Source of the DNA: the human T2T-CHM13v2.0 reference genome, Homo sapiens
Assembly (NCBI RefSeq): GCF_009914755.1
Contig: NC_060930.1
Reading direction: 5' to 3' (one strand)
DNA length: 64,000 nt
Below the pieces are notes generated by a model. The model saw only the letters and a program-made list of their open reading frames with translations, did no database searches and was not told the origin of the DNA. This document shows positions 11,742 through 29,405 of this stretch, piece after piece; the first letter of the stretch is position 1; every line of letters begins with the position of its first letter. The translations under genes and the position numbers were made by a program.

Positions 11742-14700
11742 TATTTCTGGGTGTAAAATGTCTGATTTTATTTTTATTTTTTAATTTTTATTTCCATAGG
11801 TTATTGGGGAACAGGTGGTATTTGGTTACATGATTAAGTTCTTTAGTGGTGATTTGTGAGATTTTGGTGCATCCATCACCTGAGCAGTATATACTGCACA
11901 CAATTTGTAGTCTTTTATCCCTTGCCCCCTTCCTACCCTTTCTCCCTGAGTCCCCAAAGTCCACTGTGTCATTCTTATGCCTTTGCTTCCTCACAGCTTA
12001 GCTCCCACTTATGAGTGAGAACATATGATGTTTAGTTTTCCATTCCTGAGTTACTTAACTTAGAATAATACTCTCCAGGCCAGGCGCGGTGGCTCACGCC
12101 TGTAATCCCAGCACTTTGAGAGGCTGAGGCGGGCAGATCACAAGCTCAAGAGATTGAGACCATCCTGGCCAACATAGTGAAACCCCGTCTCTACTAAAAA
12201 TACAAAAATTAGCTGGGCATGGTGGCACACACCTGTAGTCCCTGCTACTTGGGAGGCTGAGGCAGGAGAATCACTTGGACTGAGAGGCAGAGGTTGCAGT
12301 GAGCCAAGATCATGCCACCGTACTCCAGCCGGGTGACAGAGCAAGACTCCATCTCCAAAAAAAAAAAAAAAAAAAAAAAAAAAATAATAGTCTCTAATCT
12401 CATCCAGCCCACTGCAAATGCCATTAATTCATTCCTTTTTATGGCTGAGTAGTATTCCATCCTATGTATAAACCACATAGGATACAGTTTATCCACTTGT
12501 TGATTGATGGGCATTTGGGTTTGTTCCATGTTTTTGCAATTGTGAATTGTGCTGCTATAAACGTGCATGTGCAAGTATCTTTTCTGTATAATGACTTCTT
12601 TTCCTCTGGGTAGATACCCAGTAGTGGGGTTGCTGGATCAAATGGTAGTTCTACTTTTAGTTCTCTAAGGAATCTCCACACTGTTTTCCATAGTGGTTGT
12701 ACTAGTTTACATTCCCACCAGCAATGTAGAAATGTTCCCTGTTCACCACATCCACACTGACATCTATTATTTTTTAATTTTTTTACTATGACCAACCTTG
12801 CAGGAGTAAGGTGGTATTGCATTGTGGTTTTGATTTGCATTTCCTTGATCATTAGTGATGTTGAGCATTTTTTCATATGTTTGTGGGCCATTTGTATATC
12901 TTCTTTTGAGAATTGTCTATTATGTTCTTAGCCCACTTTTTGATGGGAGTGTTTTCTTTGTTGTTAATTTGTTTGAGTTTGTTGTAGATTCTGGATATTA
13001 GTCCTTTGTCAGATGTATAGATTGTGAAGACTTTCTCCTGCTCTGTGGGTTGTCTGTTTACTCTGCTGACTGTTCCTTTTGCCATGCAAAAGCTCTTTAG
13101 TCCCAGCTATTTATCTTTGTTTTAGTTGCATTTGCTTTTGGGTTCTTGGTCATGAAATCCTTGCCTAGGCCAATGGCTAGAAGGGTTTTTCCAATGTTAT
13201 CTTCTAGAATTTTTATAGTTTCAGGTCTTAGATTTAAGTTCTTGATTCATCTTGAGTTTATTTTGTATAAGGTGAGCGATGAGGATCCAGTTTTATTTTC
13301 CCACATGTGGCTTGCCAATTATCCCAGCACCATTTGTTGAGGGAGGATTCCCTCTTTCTCTATCTTGTGGAATAGTGTCAATAGGATTGATACCAATTCT
13401 TCTTTGAATGTCTGGTAGAATTCTGCTGTGAATCTGTCTGGTCCTGAACTTTTTTTGGTTGGTAATTATTTTACTACCATTTCAGTCTGTTCGGGATATC
13501 TCGTTCTTCCTGATTTAAGCTAGGAGGGCTGTATATTTCCAGGAATTTATCCATCTCCTCTCGGTTTTCTAGTTTATGTGTGTAAAGGTGTTCAGAGTAG
13601 CCTTGAATGATCTTTTGTACTTCTGTGGTGTCAGTTGTAATATCTCCCATTTCATTTCTAATTGAGATTATTTGGATTTTCTCTCTTCTCTTCTAATGGT
13701 CTATCAATTTTATCTTTTCAAAGAACCAGCTTTTTGTATCATTTATATTTTGTATTTTTGTTTATTTCTATTTCATTTAGTTCTGCTCTGATCTTGGTTA
13801 TTTCCTTTCTTCTGCTGGGTTTGGGTTTGGTTTGTTCTTGTTTCTCTAGTTCTTTGAGGTGGGACCTTAGATTATTTATTTATGCTCTTTCAGACTTTTT
13901 GATGTAAGCATTTAGGGCCATGAACTTGGCTCTTGGCACCACCTTTGCTGTATCCCAGAGGTTTTGATATGTTGTATCACTGTTGTCATTCAGTTCAAAT
14001 AATTTTTTAATTTCCATCTTGATTCCATTTTTGACCTAATGATCATTCAGGAGCAAGTTATTTAATTTCTATGTATTTGCATGGTTTTGAAGGTTCCTTT
14101 TGGAGTTGATTTCCAGCTTTATTCCACTGTGGTCTGAGAGAGTGCTTGATATAATTTCAATTTTCTTAAATTTATTGAGGCTCATTTTGTGGCCTATCAT
14201 ATGGTCTATCTTGGAGAAAGTTCCATGCACTAATAAATAGAATGTATATTCTGCAGCTATTGGATAATGTTCTGTAAATATCTGCTAAGTCCATTTGTTC
14301 CAGGGTATAGTTTAAATCTAGTGTTTCTTTGTTAACTTTCTGTCTTGATGACCTGTCTAGTGCTGTCAATGGAGTATTGAAATCCCCCATTATTATTGTG
14401 TTGCTGTCTATCTCATTTCTTAGGTCTAATAGTAATCATTTTAGAAATTTGGGAGCTCCAGTGTTACATGCATATATATTTAGGATTGTGATATTTTCCT
14501 GTTGAACGAGGCCTTTTATCAATATATAATGTCCCTCTCTGTCTTTTTTAACTGCTGTTGCTTTAAAGTTTGTTTTGTCTAATATAAGAATAGCTACTCC
14601 TGCTCACTTTTGGTGTCCATTTGATTGGAATGCCTTTTTCCACCCCTTTACCTTAAGTTTCTGTGAGTCCTTATGTATTAGGTGGGTCTCTTAAAGGCAA

Positions 14701-16385
14701 CAGAAAGTTGGTTGGTGAACTCTCATCCATTCTGCAATTCTGTATCTTTTAAGTGGAGTATTTAAGGCATTTACATTCAATGTTTGTATTGAGATGTGAG
14801 GTACTATTCCAGTCATCATGCTATTTGTTGCCTGAATACTTTTGGGTTTTGTTTTGTTTTGTTTTTTAATTGTATTTTTGTTTTATAGGTCCTGTGAGAT
14901 TTATGCTTTAAAGAGGTTCTGTTTTGATGTGTTTCCAGGATTTGTTTCAAGATTTGGAGCTCCTTTTATCAGTTCTTGTAGTGTTGGTTTGGTAGTGGCG
15001 AATTCTCTCAGCATGTGTTTGTCTGAAAAAGACTGTATCTTTTCTTCATAAATGCAGCTTAGTTTCTCTGGATACAAAATTCTTGGCTGATAATTGCTTT
15101 GTTTGAGGAGGCTGAAGATAGGGCCCCAGTCCCTTCTAGTTTGTAGGGTTTCTGCTGAGAAATCTGCTAATCTGATAGGTTTTCCTTTATAGGTTACCTG
15201 GTGCTTTTGCCTCACAGCCCTTAAGACTCTTTCCTTCGTCTGAACTTCAGGTAACCTGATGACAGCGTGCCTAGGGGATGATCTTTTTGTGATGAATTTC
15301 CCAGGTGTTCTTTGTGCTTCTTGTATTTGGATGTCTAGGTCTCTAGCAAGGCTGGAGAAGTTTTCCTCGATTATTCCCCCAAATATGTTTTCCAAACTTT
15401 TAGAATTCTCTTCTTCCTCAGGAACACGTATTATTCTTAGGTTTGGTTGTTTAACATAATCCCAGACTTCTTGGAAGCTTTGTTCATATTTTCTTATGCT
15501 TTTTTCTTTGTCTTTGTTGATTGGGTTAATTTGAAAACCTTGTCTTTGAGCTTTGACGTTCTTTCTTCTGCTTGTTCAATTCTATTGCTGAGGCTTTCCA
15601 GAACATTTTGCATTTCTATAAGTGCACCCATTGTTTCCTGGAGTTTTGATTGTTTTTTATTTATGCTATCTATTTCATTGAAAACTTCTCCCCTTATTTC
15701 TTGTATCTTTTTTTTTTTTTTTGTGACTTCCTTAAATTGGGCTTCGCCTTTCTTTGTTGCCTCCCTGATTAGCTTAATAAATAACTATCTGAATTCTTTT
15801 TCAGGTAAATCAGGGATTTCTTCTTGATTTGGATCCATTGTTGGTGAGCTCATGTGATTTTTGGGGGGTGTTAAAGAATCTTGTTTTTTCATATTATCAG
15901 AGTTGGCTTTCTGGTTTCTTCTTATTGGGGTAGGCTCTGTCAGAGGGAAGGTCTAGGGCTGAAGGCTGTTGTTCAGATTCTTTTGTCCCACGGGATGTTC
16001 CCTTGATGTAGTAGCTCCCCCTTTTCCTAGGGATGTGGCTTCCTGAGAGCCGAGCTGTAGTGATTGTTATCTGTCTTCTGGATCTAGCCACCCAGCAAGT
16101 CTACCAGGCTCCAGGCTGCTACTGAGGGTTGTCCGCACAGAGTCCTGTGATGTGAACCATCTGTGGGTCTCTCAGCCGTAGATACCAGCACAGTATTTGG
16201 GGTGTCTCCCAGGTCCTGCAGGAGCAATCTGCTTCCTTCACAGGATCTGTATGCTCTCCCAGTTTTCCTGATTTATTCCTGCAGTCGTTCTGGAGCAAAA
16301 GTTCACAATGCAAGCCTCCACATGCTGTTTTGTCCATCCGAGTGGGAGCTGCAATCTAGTCCTGCTTCCCATCCACCATGATCTC
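11742..16385 (-). mobile_element. L1PB-type LINE-1 retaining both ends, with an internal ORF2 deletion near 13340; ORF1 remnant about 14901-15925; ORF2 remnants 12439-14820; nested Alu at 12078-12385
   Basis: L1PB1-like 3' UTR; ORF1 peptide DIQIQEAQRTP...PRILYP; ORF2 peptides GDFNTPL and [14 protein letters not shown]; candidate TSD taaaattatcttt at 11729-11741 and 16386-16398. Confidence 0.88.
15805..15843 (+). CDS. ALDH5A1: ALDH5A1 alternative 39-nt cassette exon (VNQGFLLDLDPLL), derived from L1
   Basis: Acceptor ttctttttcAG and donor GTgagc; 13 stop-free codons in phase 0/0; the peptide matches my recollection of the 13-aa insert in the long (548 aa) SSADH isoform. Confidence 0.85.
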
Positions 16386-16664
16386 TAAAATTATCTTTCT
16401 TTTCACCTTCGATTTTTCTTGAGGTTATGTGTTGTGTTTGTTCATGCTTGTGTTCCTTCTAATTTGGTTTTCATTTCTGAAATGATTTACTTCTTTCTTC
16501 TGATTCTTTCCTATATTCCTTCACCTCATTTCCAAAGTTTTCTAGCCTCAGTTCATGTTGGTTGTTCTTTTGTGTCTTGATGTAATTTTCTTGTCATCTT
16601 TTACCTTGTTTTGAAATTGTAAGTTACAGTTTGGGTCTGGTTTTTAATGTTGTTTGTTTTGTTT

Positions 16665-17338
<674 letters not shown>

Positions 17339-17620
17339 TCTTTTCTTTTAACAACTTTTTATGGGATTTGACCTCAGTGTTTTTGTCAGAATTTTATTTT
17401 TATGTGAAGTTAGTTTTCTGAACTTTTGGAAGAAGGCCCAGTTAGGAATATAGCTTCTTTTCCTTCACAGTGTACCTTTTGCTTCCTTGTGTATCGTGTT
17501 CAAAGATAAGGTAGCTTGCTTCCTGGCTGGCTCCATCCCCTTCCCCTGTTTTTATCAGGGCCTCCTCATCTTTCATCACACGGCTCCCAGGGGCTGGACT
17601 CTCCATGCCCTTCATTCCTT

Positions 17621-17688
17621 ATTGCAGCATCCCATGTACTCACCTACTATTGACATTGCAGCATCCCATGTACTCACCTACTATTGAT
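17621..17688. repeat. 34-bp tandem duplication, two copies
   Basis: attgcagcatcccatgtactcacctactattga(c/t) repeated. Confidence 0.9.
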
Positions 17689-18357
17689 AGGGCAAGGCCC
17701 TCCCACTTACAGCTGCTGTTCTCAGAGGAACAGCTGTGGACTATTTGGGGTTCTCTGTTATTGGGTATACCACACGGCCCGTTGCTGCCCCCTGCTTCCT
17801 CTCACACAGGTGCTGATATGACGGTCAGGTCTTGTCAACACAGGTGGTATATTCTTACCCACTTGTAATTTGTGGTTTGTGGAGATACCTTGTTGTAAAT
17901 GTTTGTTGTAATTGTCTTGTGAATGTCTCTGAGATTTGGGGTTTGCTGTCTAATTGCTGTTTTCATGAGGATATTGAGGGAGACTCACAAACTCATCTTC
18001 CCAGAATCTCCAGTCAGATTTATGTAATAAGCTAATTGTTAATGGAATCCAGAAATTAAAATAATTCAGGATATGTCTTATCCAAAGGGAATCTCTATGG
18101 AAAGAGCATGAGTGTCCAGATCAGGTAGCTGTGGGTTTGCATGCGGGTTCTGTTACTAGCTGTGGCCTTGGCTGCATTCTTCTCTGCTATGCCTCCCTTT
18201 CTTCATCATCCCCCTGGGAAATCACCTATGGAAAGGCTTTGCACTGCTGCCCTGCACCTAGTAGGTGCTCATTAAATGCCCCTTTTCACTTTCCCACCCT
18301 TGATTCTACAGGTGCATCAAGTAACTTTTTTCTTGGCATCTCCTTTGATTTTTCTCA

Positions 18358-18910
<553 letters not shown>

Positions 18911-19140
18911 AGAAATTTTATTGTAATGATCTTTAACAACCCATTAATATTAACGTGACTTTAGCACTAATAAGAATTATATTTAAACTTCAAATATATT
19001 CTTAGTCTGTCCCCAGTGTCAGCTTAATTTTTCTTCCATTACTTTTTGGGTTAAGTATCTATTTATTTCTCTTTTCTTTTTTTTTTTTTTTTTTTCAGTT
19101 TGGTAAATTGTTGGCACATGTTTGCTGTTTCTCTTTATAG

Positions 19141-19335
<195 letters not shown>

Positions 19336-19416
19336 TGATAGGTTATAAAAATACTATTTCATCCTGATCACCAATTTTGGAAAGATTTCCAGCAGAGTGT
19401 TAAAAGCTCTGTCGCA

Positions 19417-21280
<1,864 letters not shown>

Positions 21281-22071
21281 TGGAATAATGTACTTTTAAT
21301 GTCTCCCAACCATAATCACTTTTGTCATGCTATAAACTCATACTCAGGGAGTAGTGCTGTGGAATCCTACCATTCATTCATAATAGAAATAGGAATTTTT
21401 AGATCCATAAACTGCTATGCCCCTGATCAGTGGGTCTTACAATGCAAACTTATCCGCAGAAAGATTCAAATGTTACTACGAAGTAGTTAGAAAGAAAGAG
21501 GGAAGCCTGGGAGAAAGCGTTGTAAATCCTTCTCATTCAAGCCAGAGAAATTTCCAGGATACTGGGCGAAGGGCAGCAACTCAGTTTTCTCAGCAAACTA
21601 TCCTCATCTAACAGGGCTCCAGGAAAATATCAGCCATGACCCTGCCAAGTCCAGCTTTGCTCCTCTTGACCCAGGACAGTGATGCACCTCTAGTGACTGA
21701 ACAGGAAATGTGACAAGTATAGCTGAAGGGATAACTGATGCATAACTAAGCAAGCACCTCTGCTGAGCTGGTCTTCAGAGATTAGGGGCTGAGCTTCTGG
21801 TCCTGGGGTGGAGAACCTTGCCTCATAACTGAGGCATACACAGCGAGCCTGTTCTAGGCATGCCTGCCCTGCCCTTGCCACTTTCTAGGGGGGCCACCCC
21901 TCCCAGGACCCCGCTGAGAGGACAGCAGCCATGTTGTAAAGCATATGATACCTCATCTCTTCCTCTGTTCAGAAAACTGAATCATGAGTGGTCATTGACT
22001 TGAGCGAAACAGAAATTGTGGGCTGGCCAGTGACCTAGGACAAGTAGCCTGGCATAGAAGGGTGGGCTGGG

Positions 22072-22201
22072 TCAGGGCCTTTTCCTCTAGGAATTCCCCT
22101 CTCCTTCACTAGAGAAGAGAGAGAGCTGTTTTGCTTTCTGTTTCTTTCTCTTTCTTTTGCCTATTAAACTTCTGCTCCTAAACTCAAAAAAAGAAAAAGA
22201 A
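22072..22201 (+). mobile_element. Polyadenylated LTR8-like R-region fragment with a 16-bp TSD
   Basis: ttttgcctATTAAActtctgctcctaaactc plus A-rich tail; flanks agaagggtgggctggg and agaaaggtaggctggg. Confidence 0.65.
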
Positions 22202-23059
22202 AGAAAGGTAGGCTGGGCCAATCACATGCTGTCTTTGGAAGCTGAGGCCCTGAGGAGGTCAGCCCATGGGAACTGGAGCTGGGAAAAGATTCATTAAGAC
22301 ATGACAGGAGTTTACACTATACCCAGTGGCCAGGGCAAGCCGCCTTCCTGGAGAAGCAGAGACTGAGTGGGGAGAGGACACTGTCAGAGGACACAGAGCC
22401 AGTGCAGGTGGAGGGACAGACACCAGAGACAGGACCTGTGCTCAAGGCCAGGTGGAGGCAAAATGGAGTGACCCAACAGTGAGAATCATTTTTGCACTGA
22501 AGCAAATCCAGGAAAAGTCAATGACGTTTCTTAAAAATTTTTAAATAAAAACATAAAAAAAGTTTAAATAGTTATGTTGCGTCCGATAAAGAAATATGTT
22601 TAGTCTTAAAACTTGAACTACTTTGTTGAACAGTAATGTTTCAGAGAAGATTGTTACTACCATTTGATTGCTGGAATATTAACATACAGACACATACACA
22701 GTACCCACACAGGCCTAGCTTTCCAGCCATTCTGTGTTTTTACCAAGAACCGTGTCACAAAACTCATGACCTCAGAATGTACAACACTTGGGGGGCAATC
22801 CTAGAGCCACCTTGGGCTTGCGAACACCGTCTGTTTCACTCGAACTATCTCAAGTGTGGTCCCATCTTTCCTGCAGCCATGACTAGACAAAGACCTACTA
22901 TCCTTAATAAAGCATTTAAACATCCCTAAGCAGCTTCTTAGGCTATGAAATCTCTTACTGGATATTTAAACTATAATAGCTATAGGTACCAAAAGCCTTA
23001 TGATTATACATTGAGCTAGCAATTCTACATGTTCATCCTGACAGAATCATCACAGTGTT

Positions 23060-24719
<1,660 letters not shown>

Positions 24720-25688
24720 TGACTCTTTCAGCAAATATTTAGTATATGCCTTACTTTTTATTACCAGGGTTATACTAGGCTCAGAGGGGCCCCCCCAAAA
24801 TAAGGTACAGTCCCTGGCTTCAAATAATTTTCTGAACAGCAGATGTCCTTTAGTCAAATTGTTCTCTGTTTTCTTCTTTCCCCTATCCTTTTAATCTGGT
24901 TATTTTTATAGTTTTCTTTCATTGATCTTTTTTCTACTGAACGGATATAATCTCCTCAGACACAGAACAGCCTTGAACAATTGGGGTCTCTGAGGCCAAG
25001 GGAAAGAAAGTAAGAAAATGTTGAGGAGGGTGGTGGCTGGAATAACTCAAAACCCTGTTGCCTGCTATGACCCAGTGGGGCCTCGCTGTCCCGAGATGGA
25101 GGGAGCCTCAGAGGTGCCCTCTACAGGGCACAGGCCCACGCCAGCAGTGTTTTAGAGGAGCATCCAGGCTGTCCTGGGAGACCAGAGGCCTGAGCTCATG
25201 TCTTCCTAGGAAATCCTGGAATATTTGATCTGTCAGGGACCTTCACAGTTATCAGCTCTACAAACGTTGCATTTTAGAGATGAGGAAATGAAACTCTAGA
25301 AAGAAAAAGTGACTTAGAGATCAGACGTCTTTGGGCCACAGTGTCAAATCTGCTGAGGAGCTGGGACTCTGAGCCAAGGCTCCTGTCTTCCAGTTCTATC
25401 CAAGCTGCTGCCAGGGTCCTGCCTTCTTAAATATTCTTAAGCATTCATCTTAAAAGTACCATCAATATGTAATTTTAAATGCATTCTAGAAACAGAGTAA
25501 ATATCCCTGAAAGGTTATATTGTGAAAAAACTGAAATGTGTGATATTCTCTATCAAATAATTTTCATCCTTGCCTTGGCCTTTGGTAATTAAGTTTTTCC
25601 CTTCCACATAACCTAAATAAGCTTGGTTTTGTCTGAAATAAGTATATTTTCCTTCATAAATACAAAATGTCAATATATGTTACCATCA

Positions 25689-26285
<597 letters not shown>

Positions 26286-26446
26286 AAGACTATAAGTTGG
26301 TGTTGGACCACATTCCTCTTAGCCTCTGCTGTTGCTGCAGCATCACAGTCTCCTAGGAGAATTGCACTCTTTCCCCACCCCCCAGGGAAACAAAATAAAA
26401 GCCATTTGAAAAAAACATGGATTGGGTGGCTTTTTTTTCTTTTCTT

Positions 26447-26448
<2 letters not shown>

Positions 26449-26494
<46 letters not shown>
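26449..26494. repeat. (GT)23 microsatellite
   Basis: Read directly from the sequence. Confidence 0.95.
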
Positions 26495-26496
<2 letters not shown>

Positions 26497-26684
26497 AGGT
26501 GCTTATTGCCAACTAATCACTGATGCATAGCAGCTGTGTAGCATAGCAGCTGTGGCGGGAACTGGAGGGGAACATGCACTGACTCAGTGCTTTTATCTTT
26601 GGGGCCAAGCCCACGTGAGGAGGAAAATGGCAGTTTGAGCACATGACAACCACCGAGGGAAGTGTTTTCACAGAGAGGCGGTAG

Positions 26685-26936
<252 letters not shown>

Positions 26937-27009
26937 TGAAAGTAAATTTCATGGTTTCAATATGAAAAGCTTAATCAGCAAAAAACACTTTGGCTGGAGG
27001 GGTGGGGAT

Positions 27010-27310
27010 AGAGAGGGGTGGGTTGACAGAATATTACAGCTAGACAGAAGGAATAAGCTCTGGTGTTCTACAGCACTGTAGAATGACTGTAATTAGCAAC
27101 AATGTATTGTATATTTTCAAATAGCTATTATTAGAAGAGTAGATTTTGAACGTTCCCAGTATAAAGAAATGATCAATGTTTGAGGCGATAGATGTGCTAA
27201 CTATCCTGATTAGAGTATAGAGTATGAGAGATCTACATCTATACATGGAATCGAATGGAATTTTCAATGATGTTTTCATACAAAAACCACAAAGGTTAAA
27301 ATAAGTAAAA
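27010..27310 (+). mobile_element. L1MA-type 3' end fragment
   Basis: acagctagacagaaggaataagctctggtgttctacagcactgtag. Confidence 0.7.
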
Positions 27311-27969
27311 AATTAATAATAGCTAAAAAAAATGATGTTAAAAGGCAAAAAAAAAAAATGAAAACAAAAAAGTCATTTTGGTAAAGTGCCCAGCAAGCCT
27401 ATTTTGTAAACAATGGAGAAACCTGAGAAAAGTGAATTCTGCCTACCAGTTATATGAATCGGGTTGTTGTCTGGTCATGAGCTGCTATAGCCCTGCCATT
27501 GCACCAAGTCCCCATGCGGTCTGTCACTGTAGCTCTTTACTGTCCTCCCTAAATTTTGTTATAGTGATGATAATTCTATCCCTCACTGCCTCAGCAATTA
27601 GGATCTTGAGACAAAGTTCATTCATCTTTTGGAACACCTATGGAATGGAAGACTGGCTTGGTTTTGAGATGGTTTGCGTTTCGGCTGTAATGCTGATGTT
27701 GTCCTGTTCTTTCTTCTCTTGATGACAAAATCCCTGTCTAAAACAGTCCTTCATGAAAGTATCCCAGCCGGGGGTGCAGAATCACAGATGCCGCGTTCAG
27801 GATTTAGAGATATTGAGGGGAAACTGCTTTTAGGAAAGATTTGTTTGTTTAAAAAAATGTTATAATCCATACTACTAGCTATATGAGACTTCTCTCCTTA
27901 TTCTACTGTTTTAAAAAAATCCATTTTGGAGTCACAAGAAAGTTTCTTGTAATATCAAACATCCAGTTT

Positions 27970-28275
27970 TTTGTGTTTTTTTTTTTTTTTTTGAGACGGC
28001 GTCTCGCTCTGTTGCCCAGGCTAGAGTATAGTGGTGAGTCTTGACTCACTGCAACCTCCGCCCCACTGAGTTCAATTGATTCTCCTGCCTCAGCCTCCCG
28101 AGTAGCTGGGGTTACAGGCACCCACCACCACGCCTGGCTACTTTTTGTATTTTTAGTAGTGCTGGGGTTTCACATGTTGGCCAGACTGCTCTCGAACTCC
28201 TGACCTCAGGTGATCCACCTGCCTCGGCCTCCCAAAGTGCTGGGATTACAGGCGTGAGCCACCATGCCTACCCAG
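27970..28275 (-). mobile_element. AluS
   Basis: Alu motifs. Confidence 0.85.
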
Positions 28276-28777
28276 AAATGGTTTTAACGGAATATTTTAA
28301 ATCAGGAAGACAGTAGAAGCTGAAGATTGTGTGTGGGAAAGAAGGGAGGAGAGGTGGTCAGAGGGAGACACACAGTGGAGGCACAGCCAGCCCCTGGATG
28401 CAACTGAAGAACCAGAAGCAAGTGACAGCCAAGTCAGTACTCATCATGGGAAGCACAGCCCCACCGCTGTTCCTCAACCTCCTCAGAGCCTGAGAACCAA
28501 GCCCTGACTCCATGGCTGCCTCCACCCCGTGGGCAGTCAACTCAGCTGAACCCACATCCATTGCCTTGGGAAACCCAGGGAAGCCTCGAGGTTTGACAGA
28601 GCTCTGATAAATTTCTAGTTACTGTCTTGGGATTACTCTAGATAAAGAAAATACATTAAAATTTACATTGGAACCACCTGCATTTTAGAGGTGACTTTGG
28701 ACCTTGGGGACAAGGCAGGGGTATTCACTTGTCTAGTGAAGGCAATTTGGGTCTAGGCCAGCTGTGGTTCAAGTCCT

Positions 28778-28940
28778 AGAGTGGTGGTCCTTAACTCACA
28801 CCGTGCCTTTATCGACTACAGTTGCCTGGGACCCATCCAAGAAGACTAGGTGTTAATTTATGTGTAGTCAGCCTAGGCATTGGCATTTTCTAAGTGCCCC
28901 AGTATGATGCTAGTTTGCAGCCAGTCTGGGAAACCACTCT
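28778..28940. mobile_element. MER5-like hAT remnant
   Basis: agtggt...gaaaccact termini; internal ggcattttctaagtgccccag. Confidence 0.5.
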
Positions 28941-29405
28941 GTCTTGAAGATTTTTTTCCCCAAAGGGAAGACGCAGACATTGTCCTCCAGATGGTGCTGT
29001 ACGCCAGGACTTCAAACAAGCAGACAGCGAGATTTCTTTTTTGCTGGAGAGAAATTTGGTGGAAACCACCTTGTTTAAAAACACTTCATTGTGTTGGCTT
29101 TAGTGTACATACTGTCATAGAGTGGGTTCTAGGAAAAAAACACTGCATCTCACATTAATATGACAAGAAAAGGGCAGAGCAGATTATATTTGGGGAGGAA
29201 GGGGGTATTTTTGTTAAGTAGAATTATTTTTATAATATAAAATTCATAGAAAGTAAGCCATCCTAGCCGATGGGGATTAGTTGCAGGTGATGCACTATGA
29301 GAGCATTGCAGGAGGGGCATGGATTTCAAAAGAGTCAGTCTCAAAGACAGAATGCACTCACACCTATATTTACCTTCCTGAAACCCTATAGAAAATTCAG
29401 CTGAG

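Noticed and set aside
14901-15395. 164-aa L1 ORF1p-like ORF as an active or domesticated gene
   Set aside because: Fragment of a decayed L1PB: the start codon is lost, frameshifts lie upstream and ORF2 is deleted
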